In this document: positions 1 to 12,571 of the stretch, piece by piece | Layout of the letters: every line of letters begins with the position of its first letter | Numbering within the stretch: position 1 is the first letter of the stretch | Assembly (NCBI GenBank): GCA_963695855.1 | Contig: CAVOHZ010000003.1 | Span: forward strand, 420,619-484,618 | DNA from: an uncultured Nitrososphaerales archaeon | GTDB taxonomy: Archaea; Thermoproteota; Nitrososphaeria; Nitrososphaerales; Nitrososphaeraceae | Length of the DNA: 64,000 nucleotides | Direction of reading: 5' to 3' | Notes under the pieces: generated by a model | The model's input: the letters and a program-made list of their open reading frames with translations, nothing else | Database searches by the model: none | What the model was told of the DNA's origin: nothing | Made by a program: the position numbers and the translations under genes

Positions 1-1274
1 GATACATAATAATTGTAAACGTATTGTTCATTTTTGTTTTCTTCACTTTCTTTTCTTAGTTTAACATCTCTAGTTCCTGAAAGAAATGGAAATGTTTAGA
101 GATGAAAATTAAGAAGAATGTGTCTAAATTGAACTGGATTGGAAGATTTTTCTCATATCAAAATAACAAGGTAAAAAGAATTCAGAATTTTTGATAGATG
201 ACAATCTTTTTGATATAAATGAACTTCAAGAGTTATTGCTTGTGGAGAACCACTACAGAGAGGATTACTTGAAATTTCAATTTATATCTCTGAAGAAAGA
301 CATACATCTCTTGTCGAATTTATTATCATATTAGGTATTTAAAAGTGGAGAAGACATAACTGGTATCCTGAGGCTGTAGTCTACCGGCATACTAATTTTA
401 TACATTTACTAAATAAGAAGGTAAAGTTTGCTGGATTCCATCAGTATTTTAAGTATGGAAGTGGATCTTATGATGACTACTATCGATATCTATAACGAGC
501 GGAAAACTAAAGAAGCAATTTATCATATCAAGTAGGACGGAACTATGCTTATTTTATATTGATATGTATACGAAAAGTATTCATTGAAGAGTTGAAAAAT
601 AACTGATAAGTCTTAAATTAACACGCGACAGATAGCATATGAAATAAAATCACTCTCTTATAGAAGTCTCTAGATATCGATGTATTTTTTTCAGTGATTA
701 TTTTACGGAATCTCTATCCAATGTTCGTTATCTTGAAATACATCATAAACATTTTAAAATTAAAGTGTTTAAATATTCCAAAGTCGTATTATATTATACC
801 ACTGGATAATCATGGATGGTGAATTTCTGAGCAATATCCTCCGACAATCTAACAAGAAAAAAATACGACGCTTCACCATACGCAGAATTTTCGCTAACAC
901 ATTCAGTGAGGTTCAGTGGTGTTGGAGAGAAAATAAAGATCCAAACTAAGAAGAGACCTTACCATTTGCGGCATGGTTAAGAACTCTAATTCCTTACACA
1001 AACTACCCTCCAACTGTAATCTTAAACCTATTATTGAATAGATATGGATCTCTTGGTTATTTTAGTTTCATATTTAGATTTATAACCAATCTATCAAGTT
1101 GTTGTTGCTTGTATTATCCTTTCTGATGACTTTTGAAAAACAACATGTATAATATTGCAATAAAATTTATTATAAACCAGACACATATTCGAAAACAGTT
1201 TTGTACAACTAAACTATCAAAACTTGCTTATATTATTGAGCTAAGAATAAAAAAATAAAAGAAATGATGATTGA

Positions 1275-1777
1275 TTATTTTGCTATGTTATCCAGATGTC
1301 CTAAAACCACTCCATCGTCTTCTACCAGGTTATAAGCTCCCCTATAATCAAAGAGATTCTGAAGCATGAGCAAGCCTGATTGTACTTCAATTACATCTTC
1401 AGAATTTGTATTTTTTTGTTCTGGAATAAATCCAACAAAGATCGTTTGTGCAGTTTTCAGGTGGTCTCTAGCGACCTGATATTCTTTCTGATCAACTAAT
1501 TTTCCTTCACCCACTCCCTTTACCTTTTCTATGAGTGTAAGGTTAACGGCTACAGGAGTATGTTCACCCTCAACATACTGAGCTCCTATAGCCTTGGCAA
1601 AGGATTGTAAGCTTGATCAATGTGTGTTGATACTTCCTGAACTGACGTCTTGACATCATCCTGTCCATATACATTATGAGTCGATACAGCATGGTAGCCA
1701 GAAAAAGTAGCTACTAACAAAGATAGCAACAACAAGCCAAGGAAAATTACTTCCATTTGTACAGTTATTCGCTTCAT
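1275..1777 (-). pseudogene. Frameshifted secreted/membrane-anchored hypothetical protein
   Basis: ORF 1586-1777 has an N-terminal hydrophobic segment. A frame change near 1600 gives QSFAKAIGAQYVEGEHTPVAVNLTLIEKVKG, which runs directly into ORF 1275-1514. Confidence 0.55.
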
Positions 1778-2290
1778 TCTAGGTATATGTGATACCTCAT
1801 TTTATAAGAAATAGGCGTCAATATATTGCACTGCAACAAGTGATAGTATATTTGAAATTTCCCTTTATTCTTATGAAAATGGTATGTAAAATATGAAAAA
1901 ATGGTATGTAAAATATAAAATAATCAGATTAAATTATTAAAAATGATAACCGTTTTTCAGTATTAGAAATGTTTTCTATTTGTATTCCAGTATCCATCAA
2001 ACAATTTAATATCAAGAATTTATCGCTCATCCTAAACTATGTTCATTTATTTACCTAGGAAAAAAAGAATTTATTAACTATTATCTTTCCGACACAAAAG
2101 ATGGTCTCTTCAGTAACATCGTATATTATTTTTTTCAGAATGTCAAAACTTAATACATTTAAGTCGACCCGATTCGAATTAAAGATATTTGGAAATTCTT
2201 TCTTTTTGAATCGTTTTTTTGCTAAATGATAAAATAAAAATAAAACGAAAATAAATAGATAGATAGATAGTATTCACATCAGAAAAAAAA

Positions 2291-2704
2291 TTATGATTTT
2301 TTAGGAAATACTTCTCTCCTCAGAAGATTTTTTTCTATTGATAAGGAACCAGGTCCTGTCAAAATCAAGCTTATCATTAATGCAAGATACAATAGTTCTA
2401 ACTCGAATCCACCTATAAAGCCCTTAGATAATTTTACTGTAAATATAGCACCTATCATGTCCATTGCCAGTAAAATTGCAGAAATCCTTGTTAAGACTCC
2501 TAAGAGAATTGTTAGCCCTCCTATGAACTCTAAAAGTCCTATAACAATTGCCAATTCCGGTGGTAATCCCATTTTTATAAAAGAATTTTGACTGTTTGCA
2601 ATATCAACAAGTTTAGGAAGGCCATGAGCTATAAATCCCGCTCCAGCTATTATCCGTAATGGTAAAGGTGCAAAATCTATTAATTTCTGCTGATTCAAGA
2701 CCAT
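2291..2704 (-). CDS. DoxX family membrane protein
   Basis: LRIIAG..FIAHGLPKL, GLLEFIGG..ILLGVLTR and GGFELELL..GPG.LS motifs. Confidence 0.9.
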   Translation of the reverse strand: MVLNQQKLIDFAPLPLRIIAGAGFIAHGLPKLVDIANSQNSFIKMGLPPELAIVIGLLEFIGGLTILLGVLTRISAILLAMDMIGAIFTVKLSKGFIGGFELELLYLALMISLILTGPGSLSIEKNLLRREVFPKKS

Positions 2705-3132
2705 TAGTAAGAATCTTAGTAATATTTATTTTTTGTTTATTTAGAATTTTATGTTTCTTAATCTGTAATAAATATTTAATTCTTTCAGTGGTTTCCATGT
2801 TATTAATCCTATGTTTTGGAACCCTCTATGTCGAATTTCGAAATATAGAGAGTAATAATAATTTTTTTAAATCTAATTCAGACCAAGATAACATTTCATC
2901 CAGTATTGCCATCAACTAGATACTTCATTCAAGCGAATTTCAATATTGAAAAACAAAGTAATAATTGAATAATTGATTGAAATCACATATAATAAATTAA
3001 CTTTCATTTTTACGATTTTTATTTCCTCTCAAATTTATTTAAAATTAAAAAGATTAATTCAGGACTTTACTAAATCATAATAGAGATACAAAATAAGCAA
3101 CATTATTATTTGATAATAATATTCGATAAAAT

Positions 3133-3660
3133 GTGCTCTTACAAAAAAAGTATATTTACATAACCGTGCTTTGTTTTTCTTCGCTTATCGGTATTGTCCA
3201 TTATTTTTCTATCGATGCTGAAACATCAGAGAATTCAATTAAGAATAACACAATAATAAAGATAAAAAATATCGATCCTTTCTATATAGCAACAAGCGGT
3301 GGATGTACAAGTTCCAAACAAGTTAAATCTTATCCATATGTAGTTTTAGAAGATAAATGTACTGAAAATGCAACAATAAAGAATGTCGGTAAGGTAATAA
3401 ACAATGTTACATTTTTAAACACAGTAATTGATAATAATACTATTATTGGACAGGGACATGGAAAGATAGTTTCTGAAGATGGTCAAATGATAGGATGGGA
3501 GTCTTATGATGTAAATCCTGTCGTTGCGATACATCCTGGGTACAGAGGTATCATATATTTTAATTCTACAATAGATGAAAAATTTTCCTTCCTGAATAAT
3601 ACCATTGGCATTTATAGAAGTGATGCGGATACAATAAGATCAATATGGCTCTTGGAATAA
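3133..3660 (+). CDS. Secreted hypothetical protein
   Basis: 175-aa ORF with an N-terminal hydrophobic helix followed by a beta-rich region. Confidence 0.65.
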   Translation: MLLQKKYIYITVLCFSSLIGIVHYFSIDAETSENSIKNNTIIKIKNIDPFYIATSGGCTSSKQVKSYPYVVLEDKCTENATIKNVGKVINNVTFLNTVIDNNTIIGQGHGKIVSEDGQMIGWESYDVNPVVAIHPGYRGIIYFNSTIDEKFSFLNNTIGIYRSDADTIRSIWLLE

Positions 3661-4379
3661 CATAGTTATTTCATTATCGTTAATTTTAATAATATTTATA
3701 TCTATATTCTAGAAAAATTGGATTAAATGGGAATCGATAAGAAATTCAAGACAGTATTACAAATAGAAAACCAATTATTTTTACAGTTAATACATTTCAT
3801 GACTGGGTAAAATTAAGTTAAGAATAAAATGTCTGCAAAATGAGGCTATAAATCATTGAACTCACTTATTATTTAAATATGAGGATAATCTAATTCTTGC
3901 TATTTTGTAACAAACATAACCTACATTTTAGCATAAATAGATCTTAAATATAAGAACATTATAAGAATGATTATTTCAAAAAGAGGATATAATGAGTCTC
4001 TTTATTATCTAAATTTATATTTTAGATTTAAAGCATATTATGTGTAATACATATTATGTGTAATACATCTTATTTCATAAAAAATTAAGAAATAAAATAC
4101 CATGGTATGATATAAATGGTTATGAGTGTTATATTTCTGGTGAATGTCAATAACATTTCCTAAGATAAAAGATTTATGAAAATGATCTTTAATTTGAGGT
4201 CCTGACCTTTTTTACTAAATTTTTGTTTTAACACATTAGTCTTTTTCCTACGCAAATAAAATTTAGATCACTTGTAATACATTATTTTTAACAGTTTTGT
4301 ATATTATCTATTTTTGGTACAACTAATAGATTATGATTCAATTACATTTCAGTAAAATTATCCAATCTGCAGATTATTA

Positions 4380-4655
4380 TTAACCATTGTTTGATCTTTT
4401 ATGAAATTTGAACCATTTATTTAGATCTCCAACATCATCCTTTATCAAACCAATTCCCAGACCAGTTATTAAAGAAATTATTGATGGAGATATTTTTCCC
4501 ATCGTTAAAATACCGAGTAACAAAATTCCTATCTCTCCGTGATGCAATCGTCTATCAAAAATATATATCTCTGATGAATGATTTTTCTTCCAGTAATATG
4601 TAATAATTTCAGAGATAGCAAAACCAGCAATTCCTGAAATTATTAAAGGTATCAT
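4380..4655 (-). CDS. Small membrane protein
   Basis: 91 aa, about three hydrophobic segments, RLHHGEIG motif and GLIKDD. Confidence 0.65.
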   Translation of the reverse strand: MIPLIISGIAGFAISEIITYYWKKNHSSEIYIFDRRLHHGEIGILLLGILTMGKISPSIISLITGLGIGLIKDDVGDLNKWFKFHKRSNNG

Positions 4656-5462
4656 CCTTAAAAATCTAAGAAGAACCAGATTTAAAAATTTATGGATAAA
4701 ATACCGTTTATTAAATAATCAATATATGAAGATCGATATCATATGAAAATAGACCATAAATAAAACAAGATTTCCTTGCTGAATTTCTTGTTTAAAAAGT
4801 TCATAGATAATTAATTATAAAATTGAATACTAACTGGTTTTCAAATTTTTTCATACGGAATTCTTTTCGATAATATATAGGCATAAAATTTTGCATAAAG
4901 TTCAATTAAATCTTTTTTATCAATATTGAATAAAAGAGAACATACAATCGTTTTAAAAATAGGAATAAACTATTTTATTATCATTCTTTAATATATTAAT
5001 AGTGAAAGAAAAGGTAGATGCTTTGGCATCGACCGTTCTATCATTAAATGATTGCAACAGGATATCATTTGAAATTTGCTATGGATGTGTGAATTAAATT
5101 TGCAAATAGATCTATATTCAATTTTATTGTGTTTGTTCAGGATTTGTTTCGACCGGAGCTATGACATTTATAGAAATCCCATTTTGGAAGAGATGGGAAT
5201 TAACTGGTATCTTAGATTGGCACGAAAATCAGGGCTTGAAATGCAAATTTTTAAGGCTTCCACCTAGCAGTCTTCATTTCTGGGGTATATTTCTGTTGCA
5301 CTTTGTAAACGCAAGTCTTGGCGGATTAGGACTATTATTTGCTTTAATATTTTTTCCTTCTTTAACAGAAAATCCTTTAATGGCATTGTGGGTGTTTTAC
5401 GGTTTTTTTCTATGGATTCTTTTGAACATTTTGAATGTTGAATAACTATTTACTCTCAGCAT

Positions 5463-5831
5463 TTAATCATCTATTATTCCGTCAGAATCCATATGGGAAT
5501 TGTTATTTTTATTTTCATAAATTAATATTGCCGTATAACTAGATTCAGAACCTGCCAAGTATTCTTCATTAGATTGTAGATGAGATTCATAATTGTATTT
5601 TATGTTGATATATTTAAATTGCTCTCCAAAACGAGTTGTACGATTTTCAATCCAATTGTTTATCATCTCTGTTAATTCAGATAGCAAAGGTGCTTCAAAA
5701 TCCTTTAGTTTGATCAATATTACATTAGTATTAAAATTAAAAGATATTTTAATCCACTGATTATTTGTATATTCTTTTGGATCCTGAAGAAATGAGAACA
5801 ATAGTAACAAAAATAAAAATAAAAAAAACAA
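5463..5831 (-). CDS. Hypothetical protein (start uncertain)
   Basis: The C-terminal half (LIKLKDF...SYTAILIYE) looks like a small globular domain. Confidence 0.4.
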   Translation of the reverse strand: MFFLFLFLLLLFSFLQDPKEYTNNQWIKISFNFNTNVILIKLKDFEAPLLSELTEMINNWIENRTTRFGEQFKYINIKYNYESHLQSNEEYLAGSESSYTAILIYENKNNNSHMDSDGIIDD

Positions 5832-6468
5832 ACCAGATGTGATAATAGTTAAGAACGAGAAAATTAAGTGAACAACTATATCAGTAATAATAATATTGAT
5901 GATGATGATGTAGAATTAGAAAATAAAGAAAAAATTAAGCATACAGCCAGAGCGAGTATTTCTAAATATGTGACGTTTGTGAATAGTGATAAGAAGGATT
6001 TTAAAGTTGAATTCTAACATGAAACTCGAGGCATGGCAATTTTCTGGATTATATGCTAATGACCTAACACCGTTTTATTATTCATTATTTACATTAATTG
6101 ATAATGAGAAATACGACTAGATATAGATATATTAATAGAATAATTATTAAATTCATAAGTCAAAAAAAAGAAGATAGAATTACTCTTATTATCCTTCTTC
6201 ACCTGTCAGTGCGTGAATAAATAACTTTCAATTCCTTAAAATTATAATATTCTTCTTCTAATTTTTTGTCTTTGATTTGAATGCATCGCGATTAATGACT
6301 AGTGTGAATATGGAAGGAATAATCGCATCCTCTTTACGATAATGACTTTTGTCCCTTGAAATGAAGGTAAAGGAAAAGATAGAATAGTGATGAAATTGAG
6401 CAAATAAAAAAGTAATGCCTACTTCGTTGAATAGAAAGGTTTTTGCTAACTTATTCTAAAATAATTTA

Positions 6469-7323
6469 ATGAAATATTATCTGGGCTGTTCTGGATGGAG
6501 TTATGATGAATGGAAGGGAAGGTTCTACCCAGATGATTTGAAAAACAAATATTGGCTTTCATACTATTCCCAAATTTTCAATTTTGTTGAAATAGAGTCT
6601 ACATTTTACAAAATTCCATCCAAGTTAATAGTACAGAGATGGATGATGGAAACACCGAATGACTTCAAGTTTACTGTTAAATTTCCCAAAATGATTACAC
6701 ATAACAGTCGTCTATCAGACCTCCGACAAATCATGCAAAAGTTCTATAAGGTAATGAGACCATTAAAAAACAAGATTCTCTCATTTCTAATACAGTTACC
6801 TCCATGGCTAGACGTGTTAGAAGGGATTAATTTTTTAAATTCCCTGGATGTCCTGTTAGACAAATCCTTTAGATATGCTATAGAAGTCAGACATCCAAGC
6901 TGGTTTAATGACGTTTCCTACAACTATTTGAAACGCCACGATTATTGTCTGGTTTGGAGTCAACATGATAAATTGGCCACACCTCCAATCATTACATCAG
7001 ATTTTGTATACATGAGATTGATAGGAAATAGAAGTTTTGATGACAAGAATTTTGGGAAAATAGTCTTTGATAGAACAGCAGAAATGGAAGTATGGTCAAA
7101 GATATTGTTAGTTATTCAAAAGAAGGTAAGAAACGTGAGTATGGCTATAGTATCTGCAAACAATTACTATTCAGGTTTTGGCCCAGCTTCTGCTAAATCG
7201 ATGGCTGAATTGATGAAACTAGGACAAACAATGACCTTTCCGATTACAAACTATAAACTTTCAATCGATGATTTAGAGGATAAGAAAGATAAAAATTTTT
7301 CCAGATTTGATAACATAAAATAG
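6469..7323 (+). CDS. DUF72 family protein (YecE-like)
   Basis: GCSGWSY..W...FYP, VEIESTFY..P, FTVKFPK.ITH, LIQLPP, AIEVRH.SW, YMRL.G. Confidence 0.95.
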   Translation: MKYYLGCSGWSYDEWKGRFYPDDLKNKYWLSYYSQIFNFVEIESTFYKIPSKLIVQRWMMETPNDFKFTVKFPKMITHNSRLSDLRQIMQKFYKVMRPLKNKILSFLIQLPPWLDVLEGINFLNSLDVLLDKSFRYAIEVRHPSWFNDVSYNYLKRHDYCLVWSQHDKLATPPIITSDFVYMRLIGNRSFDDKNFGKIVFDRTAEMEVWSKILLVIQKKVRNVSMAIVSANNYYSGFGPASAKSMAELMKLGQTMTFPITNYKLSIDDLEDKKDKNFSRFDNIK

Positions 7324-7407
7324 AAGACAATATACTCATCTATCTAGAATTCTATTGCATAACCTTTATGTTTATAACTAAGTCAAAACTACTTTTTTTA
7401 ATATCAT

Positions 7408-7626
7408 CTATTCCTTCCTTAGTAATGAGACTTTATTATTAATGTCCTTTGATGAAACTGGAGGCATAAATTCCAATTTCTGGGTTTCATAGGTTCCTAT
7501 AACTGGTTCATTACAAGATGGACATAGCTGATAATATACATAAATAGAATTTTGTCTTTTATTGAACCCTAAAAAATGAAAGCCCATTTGTGGATGAAAA
7601 TGATTGTCACACGATAAACATTTCAT
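7408..7626 (-). CDS. Small zinc-finger protein
   Basis: CLSC...CPSC pair in 72 aa. Confidence 0.7.
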   Translation of the reverse strand: MKCLSCDNHFHPQMGFHFLGFNKRQNSIYVYYQLCPSCNEPVIGTYETQKLEFMPPVSSKDINNKVSLLRKE

Positions 7627-8512
7627 ATCAAGAAAAAGTAACCTTGTAAATATATTTGTTAGAACTTTTTACACGCTCTATCAGATCTTTGGCATAATTA
7701 GAAGGCTTAAATCTAATCCCCTTCTCTGCCACAATTCTTTATAGATTTGCTTAATTATCATAGATAATTTGTAAAGCCATTATCGTTTTGGCCATTTAAT
7801 GAACTGGAATTATCTGATTTTGATTCTTTTTCTGCGAAAGACAATCAGAATTCACAAAATACAGTATAAGACGTTTATCCAAAAGAGAAAAAAGGACAAT
7901 AAGTGAACAAGATGGAACACATTTTAAACATTCAGTAAAAGACAGATTTCTCATGCATCTTATTTATTACAAATCAGATTATACAATAAGTAACTAATTC
8001 ATTATTAGGATTTTTCTTGTAATATGAAGGCGATGTATATAGAGAATATACAATAACTTAAAGATCTAGTAAAAGGCTGTATTCAGCTACCTCAAAGATT
8101 CTACCATCTTACAAGTAGAAAATTGCCCTCTTCTATTTTTCTTTCGAGTATAAAACTAATGTATAAGGTGTTTTTTGGGATTTGATTGAGATTGTTCACA
8201 GATGTGCAATTAACATCAAACATCCGTAACTGTAGAAATGTCGATAAGATTTGGTCTAAATTTCAAATTGTAAATTACTTGATTCTATGGTCGTTGAAAG
8301 GAAGCGATATTTCAGAGAACAGTGCGTTAAATCTTATATTTGTATTGAGATCAAGGAACTTCGTCTCCCATATAGATAGGATCAGAAATTAATATTACAA
8401 TTTTAAATCTAATATCGGATCATACAAATTAAAAATTTAGTTTTGAATATCAACAATTAAAGACTTGAATGATGGTACATCATTTAAGTAAAACTAATAT
8501 TCTATTTTTGTT

Positions 8513-9373
8513 ATGAATCGTGAGAAAAGGGTTGCAATTATTACAGGTAGTTCAACCGGTATAGGCTATGAGACTTCCCTGTATATGGCAAGAAATGGCT
8601 TTAAGACCTATGCAACTATGAGGAATTTAGATAAAGCCAAAGGATTAACGGAAATCAAAGATAACGAAAAACTTCCCATTGAGATAATCAAGTTAGATGT
8701 GGATAGTGACGAATCCGTACACGAATCAATAAAAAAGATTATAGATCAAGATGACAGAATCGATGTATTAGTGAACAATGCAGGCTATGATGTAGCAGGG
8801 GCCATTGAAGAACTCACATTAACAGAATTCAAAGCACAGTTTGAAACTAACTTTTTTGGGGTTATAAGAGTTATCAAGGAAGTGGTTCCCATTATGCGAA
8901 AACAAAATCACGGTACTATAGTAAATGTTAGTTCAATAGGAGGAAAGGTGGGCGTTCCACTTAATTCTGCATATATTGCAAGTAAATTTGCATTGGAAGG
9001 ATTGTCAGATTCTATAAGATTTGAATTGCAAGAATTTGGCATAAATATCATTCTTATAGAGCCTGGAGTGGTGAGATCAAATTTTTTCGAAAATGTCAGC
9101 ATGGCAACAAATGCTTCACCCCATTCACCATATTACCAATTAACTCAAAAGGTTTTCAGTGGATTTGTACCTCTAATGGGAGAGACATCATCATCTCCAA
9201 AACAAGTTGCTGAAACTATCTTAGAGGCAGTTACAACAAATAATCCACAAATAAGATATGTTGTAGGAAAAGACGCTATTTCCATACTTGAAAACAGGAA
9301 AAAGTTATCTGATAGAGATTTTGAAAAATGGATGATTGAGAGCCTCGTTGATCAAAAGGGATTTGTAAGATAA
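8513..9373 (+). CDS. Short-chain dehydrogenase/reductase (SDR)
   Basis: TGSSTGIG, NNAG and YIASK catalytic motif. Confidence 0.96.
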   Translation: MNREKRVAIITGSSTGIGYETSLYMARNGFKTYATMRNLDKAKGLTEIKDNEKLPIEIIKLDVDSDESVHESIKKIIDQDDRIDVLVNNAGYDVAGAIEELTLTEFKAQFETNFFGVIRVIKEVVPIMRKQNHGTIVNVSSIGGKVGVPLNSAYIASKFALEGLSDSIRFELQEFGINIILIEPGVVRSNFFENVSMATNASPHSPYYQLTQKVFSGFVPLMGETSSSPKQVAETILEAVTTNNPQIRYVVGKDAISILENRKKLSDRDFEKWMIESLVDQKGFVR

Positions 9374-9498
9374 TTTCAACAATCATTTTTAATACTATGT
9401 TACATTACTCCAGGTAAATTTAATATTGAAACGGAGTTTACCCAAAGTATAACCATAAAAATAAGATATTTAATTGCTGAGGCATAAATAAGATTACA

Positions 9499-9749
9499 AT
9501 GGAAGAAAAATCCTTTTTTCAGGTTTTGGACGAACGTAGGTCTGTAAGAAGTTTCAATAATACAGAAGTAGACAAGGCAATTATAAAAAAAGCATAGAAG
9601 TATGCGATTTGTCTCAATCAGCAGGGGGCTTACAAAATTTTGAAATTTATTATGTTGACAATATAAGGGTTAAAAAATAGATTGTCAAAGCAGCGATGGA
9701 TCAGGAGTTTATGGTAGAAGCACCCATTTTGTTAATTATTATAGATTAG
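9499..9749 (+). pseudogene. Nitroreductase family, truncated and frameshifted
   Basis: Manual translation: MEEKSFFQVLDERRSVRSF...; shifted frame SAGGLQNFEIYYV..*..AAMDQEFMVEAPILL. Confidence 0.75.
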
Positions 9750-9978
9750 ACAAGGTTTCAAAATTTTTCCATTGCCTTCCATTTTTGGGTAAAAATATAC
9801 ACAATAACCCACCTTTAAGATTTTCTCTTGGAAACTACATTTATGGGATTATCAGAAATGTGAATATTCCTTTCTAATTTTTTCCTAATTAACATGATTA
9901 CATGGCATATGGCATAATTGTTATAAGGTCCAACTGCTCATAACTTATTTATTACGATTAAAAAAAATTAACAAACAA

Positions 9979-10374
9979 ATGGTAGTAAATAGTGAATTTC
10001 TTGGTACTTTTGTTAAAAATATATTGAATGCTGACAAGTCAATCAGATGGATTGGTATAACAGATAAAAATGGCGTTTTTATAAATGAAAGATATCAAGA
10101 TGGGATAAGACCGCTGCTTAGCAAAGAAGAGAACCAAGAATCCGCAGTCAATGCAATTAACAGACATAGAACAAGATTAAAATTTGAAGCAAAGATCGGT
10201 AAATTAACGTATGCATTTGGAAAATATGAAAATTTATCTAGATCTATAATTCCACTAAGTGAAAATTATTATTTACTTGTAACTATTGATTCTGAGGAAT
10301 CTAACTATGATAAAATAATAATGGAAAAAATTATTCCTATAGTTCAAAAAGAAATAGAGAGATTTATCGTTTAA
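9979..10374 (+). CDS. Thaumarchaeal roadblock/profilin-like protein (DUF6659-like)
   Basis: ILNADKSIRWIGI.DK.G, PLLS.EE and KIGKLTYAFGKYE pattern. Confidence 0.7.
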   Translation: MVVNSEFLGTFVKNILNADKSIRWIGITDKNGVFINERYQDGIRPLLSKEENQESAVNAINRHRTRLKFEAKIGKLTYAFGKYENLSRSIIPLSENYYLLVTIDSEESNYDKIIMEKIIPIVQKEIERFIV

Positions 10375-10644
10375 TAAAATACGGTTAATCCATTAATAAT
10401 TAGGAAATATTTTTATGAACCGCAAATTATCAAAAAAGATAGCATCACTAAAAACAAGAAATAAGATGCTGGTTTTGGTCATATGATAGATCTAGTATGA
10501 GAATGTGATGAAACAAAAAAATGACTAAAGATGTCTCAGAATTGAGTATTAAAGATGAAATTGAAATTTCTATGAAAGGTATTGTAAAATTATTGATAAA
10601 TCGTATAATAACAGTGCTAAAAAATGATTTAAAATATAACCTTA

Positions 10645-11079
10645 ATGCCCAATCCATTGGAGGCTGCATTAAAGTATCAGTATCAATTTTATTTTAGCAA
10701 GCCTAGAAGCATAAAGGAAATCATGCAGTTTATAGCAGTAGAATCTTGGCTTTATGACAGTGTTCCAATAATTGGTAAGGTATTTGAGCAAATCATCAAC
10801 GATGTTTACAAGGAGAATCTTTTGATTCAAAATAAAATGATGCTTGGAAAAGACCTACTTGGTCTCAAAAAAATTACCATGCCTGTATTGAACATAGTTG
10901 GAACCAGAGATGATCTGGTATCGGCAGAGTCTAGCAGAACAACCACTGATGTGATTTCAAGTAAATACAAAAAAACATTGGAATTTCCAACTTGACATGT
11001 TGGATTGTGCATTAGCCGTAGTGCATACAAATACCTTTGGCCAGAGGTCGGAAAATGGCTCACAGAGCATTCTATATGA
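10645..11079 (+). pseudogene. phaC: Class III PHA synthase (PhaC) C-terminal fragment
   Basis: Y.EN.L, L.KITMPVLNIVG.RDDLV, FPT*HVGLCIS...LWPEVGKWL. An in-frame TGA at 10993 replaces the Gly before the catalytic His, and the N-terminal lipase box is missing. Confidence 0.75.
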
Positions 11080-11409
11080 AAAAGCATCCATAGAATTTAA
11101 AACTGGAATAGACATCATATTTTGAAATAAATTCTAACTCGATTTGAAGATCCAATTCTAAAGCGAGCTTAAATAGAAATGACATGTCCAAAAAAAGGTA
11201 ATGTACGACGATTCAAATTAATCCTAAATCTGCCATGCAGTTTAGTATAATGCCTATATGTTTAAGAAATAATAAAAATTGCTGTACTTAAAGGCAGGTA
11301 ACAGATTTACTTACCAATATGTATATTCGTAAAAAATACTAGCTACAAAAAGTTTTATCTATATTATATATCTTAAACTGTTATAAACTATCATGCCTTA
11401 ACTTTTTTA

Positions 11410-11910
11410 ATGAAAATAGTTCTAGCAATTACAACAACCTTGACTTTCCTTCTAGCAATGGGTATTGTTGGTATCAACAATAATAATAATAGTAATACAT
11501 GGAATGCGTTTGCTCAAGTAGATCCAGAAAATCCTCCGATGATGGATGAGAGTACTGCGATGACAATGCCTAATCAATCTGAACCGACCAAGATGATGAA
11601 CTGGACGGGAACAGTAGAGGTAGAGTCCACTATAGTGGAAGCATTCAAATCTAAAGTAAAAGTTGACATTATTGAAGCTATAAAAGCAGCCCAAGGAAGT
11701 GTGGGATTAAATTCTACTGTGAAGGAAGCGGAGTTAACACATGCACATAACTATCTTATCTACAAGGTCAAAGTCATAGACGAGGACATGAAAGAGTATA
11801 AAGTCATAGTAGATCCTGGAGATGGAAAAGTTTTGCTGAAAAAGGAAATTACATGGTATGATGAACACAATATGAACTACTGTGAAGACAAGGGCGAAAA
11901 GTACGGATAA
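11410..11910 (+). CDS. Secreted PepSY-domain protein
   Basis: Signal peptide ending AFA; EAIKAAQ...AEL...YKVKV...KVIVDPGDGKVL. Confidence 0.85.
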   Translation: MKIVLAITTTLTFLLAMGIVGINNNNNSNTWNAFAQVDPENPPMMDESTAMTMPNQSEPTKMMNWTGTVEVESTIVEAFKSKVKVDIIEAIKAAQGSVGLNSTVKEAELTHAHNYLIYKVKVIDEDMKEYKVIVDPGDGKVLLKKEITWYDEHNMNYCEDKGEKYG

Positions 11911-12571
11911 GAATATAATCCGATGAAAGATAAGAAATATTAGGCAATATAATAGAGTTTATTCAACATTCTTTTTCTTTTTTTTTAAAAAACAGTACTT
12001 TATCCCAGGTAATATTTCTATCCCTAGAGAAATAGATTAATTAACCAATTAAATCAACACAAAAAAGAAAAATAAATTTCGGTTTTATTATCCCTATTTT
12101 AATAGCTCAACTAATCCCAAACTTGCCGAGTATTTTACAATTATCTATATATCCCAATAGGAATGTGTTCTCCATCGAATAAAGCTTAAGTTCCTCTATT
12201 CTTTTTCGTTAGTAGCTTGTTTATCAAATCCGTTAAGTGTTAGCTGCCTTCCTCAATATGGAGCCACTCAAACATTAGAACTTAACTTGTTACTGGACTT
12301 AAATTATAAAAAATATACTATCATAACGTCATATTGAAAAAATCTTTAAGAATTAATTAATTGTGTCTATATATAATATATAATTTTATTTGGTTTTACT
12401 CTACATTGCAGTAAAAACAACAACAAAAACTAGTGCAATCTTAGCGCGCGTAATTGAACTCATTTTGTATACACATTTAGTGTCCTTAATATAGTCATCG
12501 GGTTAGATAAAAATGGTATGTAAATAGAGGTATCTAAATATATCGTCTGGATTTACAATGCAGATGGCCAT

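Noticed and set aside
1-1270. Possible decayed coding fragments at the window start
   Set aside because: No ORF of useful length and no motif I could recognise.
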